Assembly (NCBI GenBank): GCA_044233795.1
Contig: JBIIJL010000001.1
Coordinates: 69,466-133,465, forward strand
DNA: 64,000 nt
Direction of reading: 5' to 3'
From: Legionella sp.
GTDB lineage: Bacteria; Pseudomonadota; Gammaproteobacteria; Legionellales; Legionellaceae
Below the pieces are notes generated by a model. The model was not told where the DNA came from, ran no database searches, and saw only the letters and a program-made list of their open reading frames with translations. Shown piece after piece: positions 41,471-50,683 of this stretch. The number at the start of each line of letters is the position of its first letter. Position 1 is the first letter of the stretch. The position numbers and the translations under genes are program-made.

Positions 41471-41949
41471 TAAGGTTTGCGCTCAAAGCGGCTCGCACCA
41501 GGGAAAAAGTGGCGATTAAAATGGACGGCCGCAATACCTGTCAATGGGATAAGCCAGATTCCTGCAACTAGCGTAAAAAAAAGCACCATCACACCATACA
41601 ATACAAGATAGTCTTGCCAATAATGTAATTGCACATACATGGAGTGGTTATGAAAATAGTAGATGAGTTGCAAGCCTAAGCTGTAGAAAGGAATCATTGC
41701 AAGGGCAATGAGTGTGCCAATAAAAAAAAGGTTGAGTGTTGTTTTATCGCCGATCAATTTTTTGCCAAAAATATGACCGAATACTGCACCAAGTAATACA
41801 GCAAGCACAGTTGATGAGTAAAGTGGTAACAAAATACTAGCCTTAACTACAAAAAGCAGCCATTTAGCGATGAGATTGAAAATGGCTGCAAATACTGCAA
41901 AATAAAAAGCCGCATAGGGGCGTGGGTTAATTTGGTTATTTGGTTTCAT
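41470..41949 (-). CDS. 4-TM membrane protein, unknown function (paralogue of the next gene)
   Basis: 159 aa with four hydrophobic segments. Its stop overlaps the AddB-like start by 1 nt (TAATG on the minus strand). Confidence 0.55.
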   Translation of the reverse strand: MKPNNQINPRPYAAFYFAVFAAIFNLIAKWLLFVVKASILLPLYSSTVLAVLLGAVFGHIFGKKLIGDKTTLNLFFIGTLIALAMIPFYSLGLQLIYYFHNHSMYVQLHYWQDYLVLYGVMVLFFTLVAGIWLIPLTGIAAVHFNRHFFPGASRFERKP

Positions 41950-41958
41950 CAGTGCCTG

Positions 41959-42507
41959 TTAGTCTTTGTGTTGTTTGGTATCATTATGTTCGTGGTCAAA
42001 GGTTTCATGGGGCGGTGGCATTTTGACTGATTGAGTAAAAAAATACACCACTCTTTTGCGTAAAAATAAAGCCGCAAATCCCGCTATTAAGCCGTACCAA
42101 GCTCCTGCCAGTATAAAGCTATAGACTATGACAAACAAATACAAATAGGCTAAATGAGCGAGGGAAGAATCAATGAAAAGATCAGGGTGGGTTTCTCTAA
42201 TGAGGAAGAACACGCCTAGATCGTAAAAGGGCAAAGAAGTAACCACCATCCAAAACCCTAATGAAAATACGCGTCGTTCAACCGGCCTTTTACAGTGGAC
42301 GATGCCTTCTCCAAAGAGGGCGCCAAAACAAAACGCAACAACTGCGCCTAACACAATGGCTTTTGACAATGGCATGACATACTCAATGCCGATGGAATAC
42401 AATAAAATGTCAGCGATGAGGGTGGTGATGACGGCGAGCAAGCTAAAATAGATTGCGGTGATAAGACGAGCGTTGGGTATTTCTAAAATCTCTTGTTCAA
42501 GGTCCAT
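41959..42507 (-). CDS. 4-TM membrane protein, unknown function (paralogue of the previous gene)
   Basis: 182 aa. Aligns by eye with the 159-aa neighbour: GALFGEGIVH/GAVFGHIFGK, LPFYDLGVF/IPFYSLGLQ, AGAWYGLIAGFAALF/AGIWLIPLTGIAAVHF. Has an extra His/Asp/Lys-rich C-terminal tail. Confidence 0.55.
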   Translation of the reverse strand: MDLEQEILEIPNARLITAIYFSLLAVITTLIADILLYSIGIEYVMPLSKAIVLGAVVAFCFGALFGEGIVHCKRPVERRVFSLGFWMVVTSLPFYDLGVFFLIRETHPDLFIDSSLAHLAYLYLFVIVYSFILAGAWYGLIAGFAALFLRKRVVYFFTQSVKMPPPHETFDHEHNDTKQHKD

Positions 42508-42647
42508 GATGAGTCCTTTTAAGCGTTCTATCTGTTATTGTAGACGAAATTTTTACTGGGCGAAGATATTATGAGCTTTACCTTCTCAAACTAACGTTTT
42601 ATCTATCTCAGGTCTAAACTTACTGTATAGGTAAACATGGACATCAC

Positions 42648-43754
42648 ATGGATATTATCCCATTTTTCAAGTTGATGGTTGATAAAGAGGCCTCGGACCT
42701 GTTTTTTAGTGTGGGAGCACCTCCATGTATGAAAATTGAAGGGGTGACAGCACCTGTTGGCAACGTAGCATTATCGTCTGAGCAGGTGAGGGAAATTGCC
42801 CACTCTATTATGGGTGATAAAGAGCAAAAAGAATTTGATGCTACTCTTGAGCTTAACATGGCCCTCTCCGTTGAAGGGGTCGGGCGTTATCGTATTAACG
42901 TATTTAGACAACGCGGTGAAGTCGCCATCGTGATTCGCTATATCAAAGGTATCATTCCCTCTATCAAAGAGCTGCAGCTACCACCTATTTTAAGTACAAT
43001 TGTGATGGAGAAACGCGGTCTGGTTCTTGTGGTAGGGGCTACCAGTTCTGGTAAATCAACGACGCTTGCTTCTATGATTGATCATCGGAACAGCAATTTT
43101 AGTGGTCATATATTAACCATAGAAGATCCGATTGAATACCTACACCAACATAAACAATCGATTGTTGATCAACGTGAAGTTGGGATTGACACACTCAGTT
43201 ATGATAATGCATTAAAAAACGCTATGCGTGAGGCTCCGGATGTTATTTTGATAGGTGAAATTCGCGATCAAAGTACGATGAAGCATGGTATTGCTTATGC
43301 AGAAACTGGCCATTTATGTCTTTCTACGCTGCATGCCAATAATGCATCACAAGCCTTGGACCGGGTGGTTAATTTTTTTAAAGAAGGTGCCCGTCAACAA
43401 TTGTTGTTAGATTTGTCGCTCAATTTACGTGCGGTGATTTCATTGCGTCTTATTCCCGGTATCAAACATCAGCGTGTTCCTGCTGTGGAAGTTTTGCTTA
43501 ACAGCCCTTATATCAGTGACCTCATTCGAGAGGGGAAAATTGAAGAGATCAATGATGTGATGACTCGTAGTTCAGATCTAGGTATGCAAACATTTGATGA
43601 GGCTTTATTTGACCTATTTAAAGCTAAAAAAATTAGCAAAGAGAACGCTATTCAATATGCTGATTCGAAGAATAATGTGGGTTTAAAAATTCGCCTAAGT
43701 GAAGAAGGTCGGGCAATTGTCGACCCTGATTTGTCAATTGACCCAACAGAATAA
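42648..43754 (+). CDS. pilU: Type IV pilus retraction ATPase, PilU-like
   Basis: 368 aa with N-terminal LMVDKEASDLFFSVGAPPCMKIEG, Walker A GATSSGKSTT, Asp box, Walker B and His box (GHLCLSTLHANNA). No pilT lies next to it in this window. Confidence 0.85.
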   Translation: MDIIPFFKLMVDKEASDLFFSVGAPPCMKIEGVTAPVGNVALSSEQVREIAHSIMGDKEQKEFDATLELNMALSVEGVGRYRINVFRQRGEVAIVIRYIKGIIPSIKELQLPPILSTIVMEKRGLVLVVGATSSGKSTTLASMIDHRNSNFSGHILTIEDPIEYLHQHKQSIVDQREVGIDTLSYDNALKNAMREAPDVILIGEIRDQSTMKHGIAYAETGHLCLSTLHANNASQALDRVVNFFKEGARQQLLLDLSLNLRAVISLRLIPGIKHQRVPAVEVLLNSPYISDLIREGKIEEINDVMTRSSDLGMQTFDEALFDLFKAKKISKENAIQYADSKNNVGLKIRLSEEGRAIVDPDLSIDPTE

Positions 43755-43787
43755 CCGCCGTAATCCTATTTTACGAATAAGATGTGC

Positions 43788-43805
43788 AATCTCAACAGCC
43801 CCTAG
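43788..43805 (+). repeat. Solo copy of the IS-end-like motif AATcTCAACAGCCCCTAG (family A)
   Basis: 17 of 18 nt identical to 51025..51042 (AATGTCAACAGCCCCTAG). Directly abuts the family B repeat. Confidence 0.7.
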
Positions 43806-43824
43806 ACTTTAGGGACGTTACCTA
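43806..43824 (-). repeat. 19-nt intergenic repeat (family B), inverted copy
   Basis: ACTTTAGGGACGTTACCTA is the exact reverse complement of 30682..30700. It lies 44 nt beyond the stop of the giant ORF. Confidence 0.8.
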
Positions 43825-43867
43825 ATTTCTTGCAAGCTGTTATGGATAGATACCAGACGTTCGTATG

Positions 43868-46800
43868 TTAAGGTGCGGAGGGTTTTTGTTCATCCCGCGC
43901 CGCAGCTTTTTGCGCGGCTTCTTTAAACAATTTTCTTGGATTGGGCTCAGGAAATAAACCTTGTTGTTTTGCGTAGTGACGGGATGTACTGTATTCGCTA
44001 ATGAGGTCACTGCTCTTAGCTTCGGGTAGTTTGAATTTATCTTCCAAAATATGTAGCAGCTCATCTGGGGTATAGTGTTCGAGGTTTAAAGTGATCAATC
44101 GATTGGCAAGTGCTTTAGATAAAGCTTGTCTGCCTTGGAAGTCGATGGGATTTTGTGTGGCAAGTAGGCAGAAACCGGGTTTTTTCGGTGGATTGCCTTC
44201 AAGATCGGTGCCAGAGAGCAAGGCATTGAGGAATTGTTCATCTGGGAAGCTATTGAGTTCATCGATTAATACTACGCGACCGTCATGGAATGCTTCGAGC
44301 AATTGGTGCCGCATGGTATCTGGGTTTGTGGTAGAAATCATGGTGTAAGGCGTGTCCTGAGCTTTGAGAAGGGCTATAAGTAAGCGGCTCTTACCAAGAC
44401 CTGGCCCACCTTCGAGGACAAGCCCATTGATGCCAAGACCTTGTTCTATTCGTTCTTTAACTTTTTGTTCACGAATGTTGAGTAAAGTTTGAATGGATAA
44501 AGCAATTTTTTTTCGAGATTCAGTCCAAATAAAATCAGTTGGTTTTAACTCAGGCATTGATTGTTGACGAGCCTTTTCGATGGTTTCTCGTAGGTTTTGA
44601 GGAAGAGTTGCATCAAGTTCTGTTGTTATGGTTGCATCTTTTGTGAGCCCTTGTATTTCTTGCAAAATGGCATATTGCATTAAAAAATGATCTGGCATGT
44701 GCATGGTTAAGGGTTGTTGTTTTAAAGCAAAAGCATGTATGCACATCATCTGAGCGTTGCGTGGAGTGATATTAATTCCTGCATCAAGTGCTTTTCTGTA
44801 ATAGGTTTCAATCATCTTTAGCAATTGAGAGCGTGATTCAAAGGGGCTTAATAGAGGCAGGAGAATGTTTTCAAGGCTTTGACCTTTAAACTCGAGGTAA
44901 TAGGGGAAGCGTTTAAATAAATCTGGATCAAATCGACCTTCATATCTTTTTGGATTCCCTGCAAAAATAATTTTGTGTTTTGATGAGAGTGTATAGGATT
45001 CACCATCAATCCAGATGGTGTTTTCACCGTGGGCTAAATTATCGAAAATATGGAAATGCTCCGCAGAAAGATTAGCCTCATCGATAAATAAAATAGGATC
45101 CCCGGATGCTTTGGCCCAATTTTTTATGGCATCTAACCCATGATGAATGCTGATTTCACGATCAAGTTTTTCGCCTTCTTGGCGCAATATTCGCTCTACA
45201 AAGTAACTTTTTCCAGCGCCTGTTTCACTGCTTAAAAATACAAAGGGATGGGTATCAAGGTAATTTAAAATCTCATCGGGCGTGGTCGCATGTTCTGGGT
45301 GAGTTGAGAATCCTGTCGACAAAGCAAGGCGTGTCTTAAGATTATTATACCAGGGCTCAATAAGCGCCTCATCGTTTGGTAAATCTTGAAAATGACTATG
45401 GCACGGGGTTAGTTTGAGTATTTGATAGAGGTTTTTGAGTTCGGTTTGTAGGGGTTCTTTTAGTTTTGCTAAATCATTTTCTGGGCGATAGGTGATATAT
45501 TCATGAGTGGCTACTGAGAAGGGCGTTTCATCTTTAGTTAAAAGAGTGATGGGGCCTTTAACAGGAATGCTCTTGCCGTTGACATAAAGGGTAGGTGGTT
45601 CGAGGAAGAGGGTTTGTAAATGCTTGGCGAGCTCTTTGGAAAATTCTCCTTGTAATAGCACAGGTTGTCCATTACGGATAGCTCTAAGGAGCGGAGTTTC
45701 ACTCATTGTAAAATTCTCACCGGATCGTTTGATATGGCAAAACAGATTTTCAAAACGTGTATTACGACCTATCGGGATAGATAGCGCATTTGGTTGTTGC
45801 ATACCTGCATAATCGAGATCGTTTGATATTTTGAGTGCGATGGGTCTTGTTGGAGTAAGCAGGTCTGTTTTGGTCACAAGATGCCTTAATCCTTCGGGTG
45901 GAATAATGGACGGTGTGCATTGCAACGACAAATGAACATGTTGTTGTTCGCATGTTTGCCATATTTTATACCACTGAGCTTCAGATAAAGTTTCAGTTAT
46001 GATGAGGTTTACTGTGCTGCCTGTCTTTAAAAAGCCTTCGGTTAATGCAATACCATGAGCTTGCGTGACATGGTGATGTGGAAATAAGTAGGAATAAGTC
46101 AAAGAATTGACGATGATATTTTGCTTTGCGTCTTCTTTGGATGTATTAGTTGTTGTTGCAGGGGTACCCACTACAAGCCATTGGAGCGAACGGGTGATGG
46201 TTGAGAAAAGAGGTCTTTCCGATATCCAATCAAGTGCTTGCTGAAATGGTGAGGGGGGTGGTTCGGGTATTGGTTGTGGAGCTTTAGGATATTGAAAGCT
46301 TGGGCGCACGAACTCAATGTTGAAATTTTCTAAAACTGGGTAAACTTGGCCGTTGATGGTAATCTCTTTTCGCTTTTGAAGCTCAGTCATAAACCCGCGA
46401 AAATCAGCATTGTCCCAGGGGGCGTTATGGATTTTCAGGTGGGTCGTTTGGTGTTGAAGCGCCTGAAGCAAGGCGCCTGGTTTAAAGCTTACGTTAGTAC
46501 CGTTGATCTGGTATGTCCCCAAGAGCACCTCTTGCCAACCAGCGCCTGTGGTGATGATTGCATCATGTTCCTCTGGGGCTACGGTTGCCTCAGTGATGGG
46601 CTTGATGGTTGACTCAGTAGGTAATAGGACGGGTGCTTGACTAATGACATCAAAACGTGAATAAAAATCTTCTCCCATGAGAGTTGCTGATGCTTTATCT
46701 ATTGCCACAACGATGTGAAGATTCGGTGGTAATTCGATGTCGCCTAAATGGCGCCCTACATCATCTAGGATACTATTGAGGCGCACATGAGAGGCTTTTG

Positions 46801-49800
46801 GATGCGACCAATTGATAAACCAGGTTTTTTGTTTTTCAGGATGTGCTTGTGCATCTTTTAAAAACAAAGCCATTGGGCTATCAATGATTTGATAAGGACC
46901 CTCGTCTGCTTTGAGTGTTTTGGTGGATATGGCATCTAAGTTTTGGGTAAAAAAAGTCGATGATTCAGTATCAATCACCGCTTCATGTAATGCTTCAATA
47001 GCTGCTTCATCTTCCATGATGACTAAACGGCGGCCGATGGCTGAATCAGCTTTGAGTAACTCTTCTTTAAGATTTGGAAAATTATCTGCATTTAAAGGGA
47101 CATTATCCCATGTCTGGAATGGGTTACTGGCGGTAATTTTTATAGGTTCTGGTAAGGGTGTTACAGGAGAGGTAATGGCGACATGTAGCCCTATTGGGTC
47201 TGCTACAGATTCAGGTGCAGTTGTTGCTGTAAACTTTTTGGGTCTTGTTGGTGGCGTTGCTTTTTGTTGCTCTGGGAGACGTGTGGCCATGGAATGCTCT
47301 TGAATTTGACCGGGTGCTCCACCGAGGTTAACCGTGATGTGGCGATTGTTTTCATCGAAAAGGCTTACAAACGCATGACAGCCGTTTTCAATTAGTGATG
47401 CATTAATGCCTAATTCAGAAGCGAGTGCTGTAAAAAGCATACTTCGGTGCCGACAAGCACCAGCGCGACCTTTGATCAAGGCATTAAGAATCTCTGTGGA
47501 TTGACCTTCGATATTGTCCGCTGAAGATGCATCAAAATGACAGAACGCAATTAGGGCATCAATTTTGTCTTTTTTTGAAATGAGCGAAAATTTTCTGAAT
47601 GAGCTGTTATTCTCGAGGGTTCCATCACGATTAAATTTAAGTCCACTTATCAAGTCTAATTCAATGGGATTAAGTGGTTGCGGATGTCGGGTAGGCTCTG
47701 CTGTTGATTCTATAATGTAATTTACTGATGAGTTTTGAGTCGGTGTTGAAACACGCAAATAGTAATAACCTGACTCTTTATCATGTTGAATCTCATCGTC
47801 TGAACAATTAGAGGCAAAGCTTTTTAAGGCATCATGCAAACTTAACGCCGGAAGTTGGTACCAGGTGTTTGGTGAAAGAGAGCCTAAATCAATCTGGCCG
47901 TAATAATAAACAGACTTATTATAAATAGGGTTTGTTTTAAAGTCTGTTTGTAAGGCTTTCATTGATGCTTGTGTTGGTAGATCTACTTTTTCTAGTGAGA
48001 AACTATTTGGGATGTATTGCATAAACACACCTGGGTGAGTCCAGGTGGTTTTATTTAAGTGATAGTCCATCGTTTGTGGGTTAACAACATGCCCTTGAAA
48101 CAATTGTGTGACTTCTAAGGTTGTACTTGGATCATTTCTTAATTGCCCATCAATTCCCAGGTTGCCTATCATGGAAAAAAGTGGTGCAGATGTGGTGGCA
48201 AACCCTGTGTCTGGAATTGATGCTGTAACTTGCTCTTGCTGCTTATCGTGTAGGTCGCGTATTGAATTTTCTAATTCATCAGGCCTTACTTTCTTCAAAG
48301 TTTCGAGCTCTACTGTTTTGAGGGTGAGCCAGTCGTAATCGCAAAATGGTGTGGATGAGATATTAGCCGTTTCTAACTGGGGAGAGGCTTGAATAAGATT
48401 TAAAAACTGATGATCGTTCATGGATGAATGATTTAAGCTTATCCATTGTAGCTTGGGAAGTTGTCTTTTTGTAAGTTTGAGAGGGGCATCTCCTAGAAAT
48501 TGGCAGCCATTGATGTTGATGGTTAGAAGCTGAGGTGCTGCCAATAGTATATTTTCAAGTTGGCTTAGCGTGATTGATGCGTTTTCTAACTCTAGGTGAC
48601 GCAAATGGGTCAATTGACCAGGATTAAGGTTGAGCGAAGCTTGTCCAAAATGTGTGCATTTATTTAATTGCAGTGTCTCTAAATTGGGTGATGCGTTAAT
48701 GATGTCTCCGAGCTGTTGGGCATTAATAGACGAATCGCTTGCGGTTATCTCAGTCAAGTCTTGTAGTGAATTTAGCGATAGGTGACATGAGCCGTCGCCA
48801 AGTTTATCGCAACCCTCAAAGTTGATTTTTTTAAGGTGAGGCGCGCTTTTCAACAAAGATGTCAGTTGTTGTGCAGTAATGGAGGACTGGTTTACAGACA
48901 TCTCTTTTAAATGAGGTAGCTGGCTTTCGGTGAGATTGAGAGCCGCAGTGCCAAGATTTGACGTATTCGTTATATCAAGTGTTTGAAGATTAGGACTCGC
49001 ATTGAGAATAGTCGATAGTTGCTCTGCTGTGACAGCGGACAAGAAGACGTTAATACATGTTAATTTGTTTAATGATGATTGGGGTAAATCAAATGTGGAT
49101 TGACCAAGGTTCTCAAGTCCCCCGAGTTCTAGTGTTTCTAGGTTGGGTATTGCGTTAAGCAGTGTACCAAGTGTTGTTGCACTCACAGTGGTTGGTATAT
49201 CAAATGATTTAATGTGAGAAAGCTCGCCTGGTTTGAGTTTGCTTAGCGTTTCATCTACATGCTCAAAGTCAGAAAAGCACACTTTCTCAAGGAGAGGGGC
49301 TCTTAGAAAGGTTAGAATTTGCTCGGGTGTTAAAGAAATATCAGAAGCATGAAATTCTTTTAAATGGCTTAATTGACTGGAGGATAAAGTAAGCGATTCG
49401 CCAAGCTTTTTACTTGCATTAAGATGAATTGATTCTAAAGATTGCGATGCATTAATCATCTCGCCAAATTGTGCTCCATTGAGGGGGGTGTCAGTGATAG
49501 AGAGTGTTGTTAAATGAGAAAGAGAGTAAGGCGCGAGTCCAAATGGGGATGGATCAAATTCACGGCTTGATGTGAGGAAAAAATATTGTAGGTTGGGGGA
49601 GGCTTTCAGTAACATTGCAAGTTGATGAGAGTTAAATGACTCTATAGTTGTAAGCTGTTTTAAGTGGTTGAGTTGACCTGGCAATAAGCAAAATGGGGTA
49701 TCATGATGAGTCGTTACATGTCTTAGCTCGAGTTTTTCAAGCAGCGGCGCCCTGGTAATCAAGCCTAACAACTGTGGGACACTCATATCTGAGTATTCGC

Positions 49801-50683
49801 CTTTTATTTCGGTTAGATGGGGCAAGATGGGTTGTGAGAGTTCCACAGGAGGGTTTGCGAGATTTTGGCATTCACGAAGGCTAATTTGTTTTAGGTGTGA
49901 TGATTTTGCGAGGAATGTGGCTAATTGTTGGCTTGAGATATTCGAGTTCGAGAAATGAGCATTTCGTACATGTTTGCCTAGGATATAGAAGAGACTGGTG
50001 TTTCTCTCGTTTAGGTGAGTGACTTCTATTTCATAGATATGGTTTTGTATCTTAGTCGGCAATAGGGGGTGGTCTTGGTCGTCAAGACTGAATAGATATC
50101 CATCTTGATCCTCTATAAGTCCCTCAATCTTGCTTAATTCTGTTGTTAATAACCAGATGGACAGACTAGGGTAACCATATTCGTATAGGTGTTCGGCATA
50201 GGGATCTATTTTTTGTGTATGAATTGAGGTTAAGAATTCGAACAAACGTTTGGTATTGAAAATAGCTGTATGTTCATTAGATAAACCTTGTTTGGCGGCG
50301 AGCGCGCGCACGGCAGCCGTTGTGATAGGGGTATATGAGTTTAATAATCTGATAGCTTCTTTATTGGGTATTTTAGCGAGCGACCCATGTGTTGGGAAGT
50401 AGACATTAAAACCTTTATCGATGAGGTCGCCAATACACTGAAAAAATACTTCCTTTGTAGAGTCAGCGAGGCAGTGAAAATACCCGCTGGTCAGAATGAT
50501 GTTTTTTTTAGAGTCAACATGGGTTTTATCTAACGCGCGCCAACAATGTTCTTTGCCTTTGATAAAGGCTTGGATATCCAAAGTACCGGCACTTGGGTCA
50601 GCTGTTAGTTGGGAAGTAACAAAGGGCTGTTCATAGAGGAGATCCAATTCTTTATACACAAGCTCATCAAGAGGTTTGCCCAT
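43868..50683 (-). CDS. Giant multidomain protein: N-terminal unknown domain, about 10.5 tandem 51-aa LRR units, transglutaminase-like Cys-His core, chain of midasin/AAA_5-like ATPase modules
   Basis: 2,271 aa from ATG 50683 (track: TTG 50689, 2,273 aa; numbering below follows the track). LRR aa 250-780. GRAGACRHRSMLFTALASELGINASLIENGCHAFVSLFD has Cys1079 (47453..47455) and His1105 (47375..47377). Two intact AAA modules: SETGAGKS (K1827)/ILFIDEANL/IIFAGNPKRYEGRFDPDLFKRF and GGPGLGKS (K2100)/VVLIDELNS/LLATQNPIDFQGRQALSKALANRL. Upstream modules are degenerate. Confidence 0.85.
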   Translation of the reverse strand: MGKPLDELVYKELDLLYEQPFVTSQLTADPSAGTLDIQAFIKGKEHCWRALDKTHVDSKKNIILTSGYFHCLADSTKEVFFQCIGDLIDKGFNVYFPTHGSLAKIPNKEAIRLLNSYTPITTAAVRALAAKQGLSNEHTAIFNTKRLFEFLTSIHTQKIDPYAEHLYEYGYPSLSIWLLTTELSKIEGLIEDQDGYLFSLDDQDHPLLPTKIQNHIYEIEVTHLNERNTSLFYILGKHVRNAHFSNSNISSQQLATFLAKSSHLKQISLRECQNLANPPVELSQPILPHLTEIKGEYSDMSVPQLLGLITRAPLLEKLELRHVTTHHDTPFCLLPGQLNHLKQLTTIESFNSHQLAMLLKASPNLQYFFLTSSREFDPSPFGLAPYSLSHLTTLSITDTPLNGAQFGEMINASQSLESIHLNASKKLGESLTLSSSQLSHLKEFHASDISLTPEQILTFLRAPLLEKVCFSDFEHVDETLSKLKPGELSHIKSFDIPTTVSATTLGTLLNAIPNLETLELGGLENLGQSTFDLPQSSLNKLTCINVFLSAVTAEQLSTILNASPNLQTLDITNTSNLGTAALNLTESQLPHLKEMSVNQSSITAQQLTSLLKSAPHLKKINFEGCDKLGDGSCHLSLNSLQDLTEITASDSSINAQQLGDIINASPNLETLQLNKCTHFGQASLNLNPGQLTHLRHLELENASITLSQLENILLAAPQLLTININGCQFLGDAPLKLTKRQLPKLQWISLNHSSMNDHQFLNLIQASPQLETANISSTPFCDYDWLTLKTVELETLKKVRPDELENSIRDLHDKQQEQVTASIPDTGFATTSAPLFSMIGNLGIDGQLRNDPSTTLEVTQLFQGHVVNPQTMDYHLNKTTWTHPGVFMQYIPNSFSLEKVDLPTQASMKALQTDFKTNPIYNKSVYYYGQIDLGSLSPNTWYQLPALSLHDALKSFASNCSDDEIQHDKESGYYYLRVSTPTQNSSVNYIIESTAEPTRHPQPLNPIELDLISGLKFNRDGTLENNSSFRKFSLISKKDKIDALIAFCHFDASSADNIEGQSTEILNALIKGRAGACRHRSMLFTALASELGINASLIENGCHAFVSLFDENNRHITVNLGGAPGQIQEHSMATRLPEQQKATPPTRPKKFTATTAPESVADPIGLHVAITSPVTPLPEPIKITASNPFQTWDNVPLNADNFPNLKEELLKADSAIGRRLVIMEDEAAIEALHEAVIDTESSTFFTQNLDAISTKTLKADEGPYQIIDSPMALFLKDAQAHPEKQKTWFINWSHPKASHVRLNSILDDVGRHLGDIELPPNLHIVVAIDKASATLMGEDFYSRFDVISQAPVLLPTESTIKPITEATVAPEEHDAIITTGAGWQEVLLGTYQINGTNVSFKPGALLQALQHQTTHLKIHNAPWDNADFRGFMTELQKRKEITINGQVYPVLENFNIEFVRPSFQYPKAPQPIPEPPPSPFQQALDWISERPLFSTITRSLQWLVVGTPATTTNTSKEDAKQNIIVNSLTYSYLFPHHHVTQAHGIALTEGFLKTGSTVNLIITETLSEAQWYKIWQTCEQQHVHLSLQCTPSIIPPEGLRHLVTKTDLLTPTRPIALKISNDLDYAGMQQPNALSIPIGRNTRFENLFCHIKRSGENFTMSETPLLRAIRNGQPVLLQGEFSKELAKHLQTLFLEPPTLYVNGKSIPVKGPITLLTKDETPFSVATHEYITYRPENDLAKLKEPLQTELKNLYQILKLTPCHSHFQDLPNDEALIEPWYNNLKTRLALSTGFSTHPEHATTPDEILNYLDTHPFVFLSSETGAGKSYFVERILRQEGEKLDREISIHHGLDAIKNWAKASGDPILFIDEANLSAEHFHIFDNLAHGENTIWIDGESYTLSSKHKIIFAGNPKRYEGRFDPDLFKRFPYYLEFKGQSLENILLPLLSPFESRSQLLKMIETYYRKALDAGINITPRNAQMMCIHAFALKQQPLTMHMPDHFLMQYAILQEIQGLTKDATITTELDATLPQNLRETIEKARQQSMPELKPTDFIWTESRKKIALSIQTLLNIREQKVKERIEQGLGINGLVLEGGPGLGKSRLLIALLKAQDTPYTMISTTNPDTMRHQLLEAFHDGRVVLIDELNSFPDEQFLNALLSGTDLEGNPPKKPGFCLLATQNPIDFQGRQALSKALANRLITLNLEHYTPDELLHILEDKFKLPEAKSSDLISEYSTSRHYAKQQGLFPEPNPRKLFKEAAQKAAARDEQKPSAP
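48350..49942 (-). repeat. Tandem coding repeat: about 10.5 units of about 153 nt (51 aa, two leucine-rich repeats each)
   Basis: Recurrent unit of the form xS(I/V)TAxQLxxLLxxxPxLxxLxLxxCxxLGxxxLxLxxxQLxHLKxLxxxxS, for example ITAQQLTSLLKSAPHLKKINFEGCDKLGDGSCHLSLNSLQDLTEITASDSS and INAQQLGDIINASPNLETLQLNKCTHFGQASLNLNPGQLTHLRHLELENAS. Confidence 0.8.

Noticed and set aside
48350-49942. The regular about 153-nt periodicity might have suggested a CRISPR or satellite array.
   Set aside because: The periodic units are in frame, diverged and translate to leucine-rich repeats. There are no short identical direct repeats with unique spacers.
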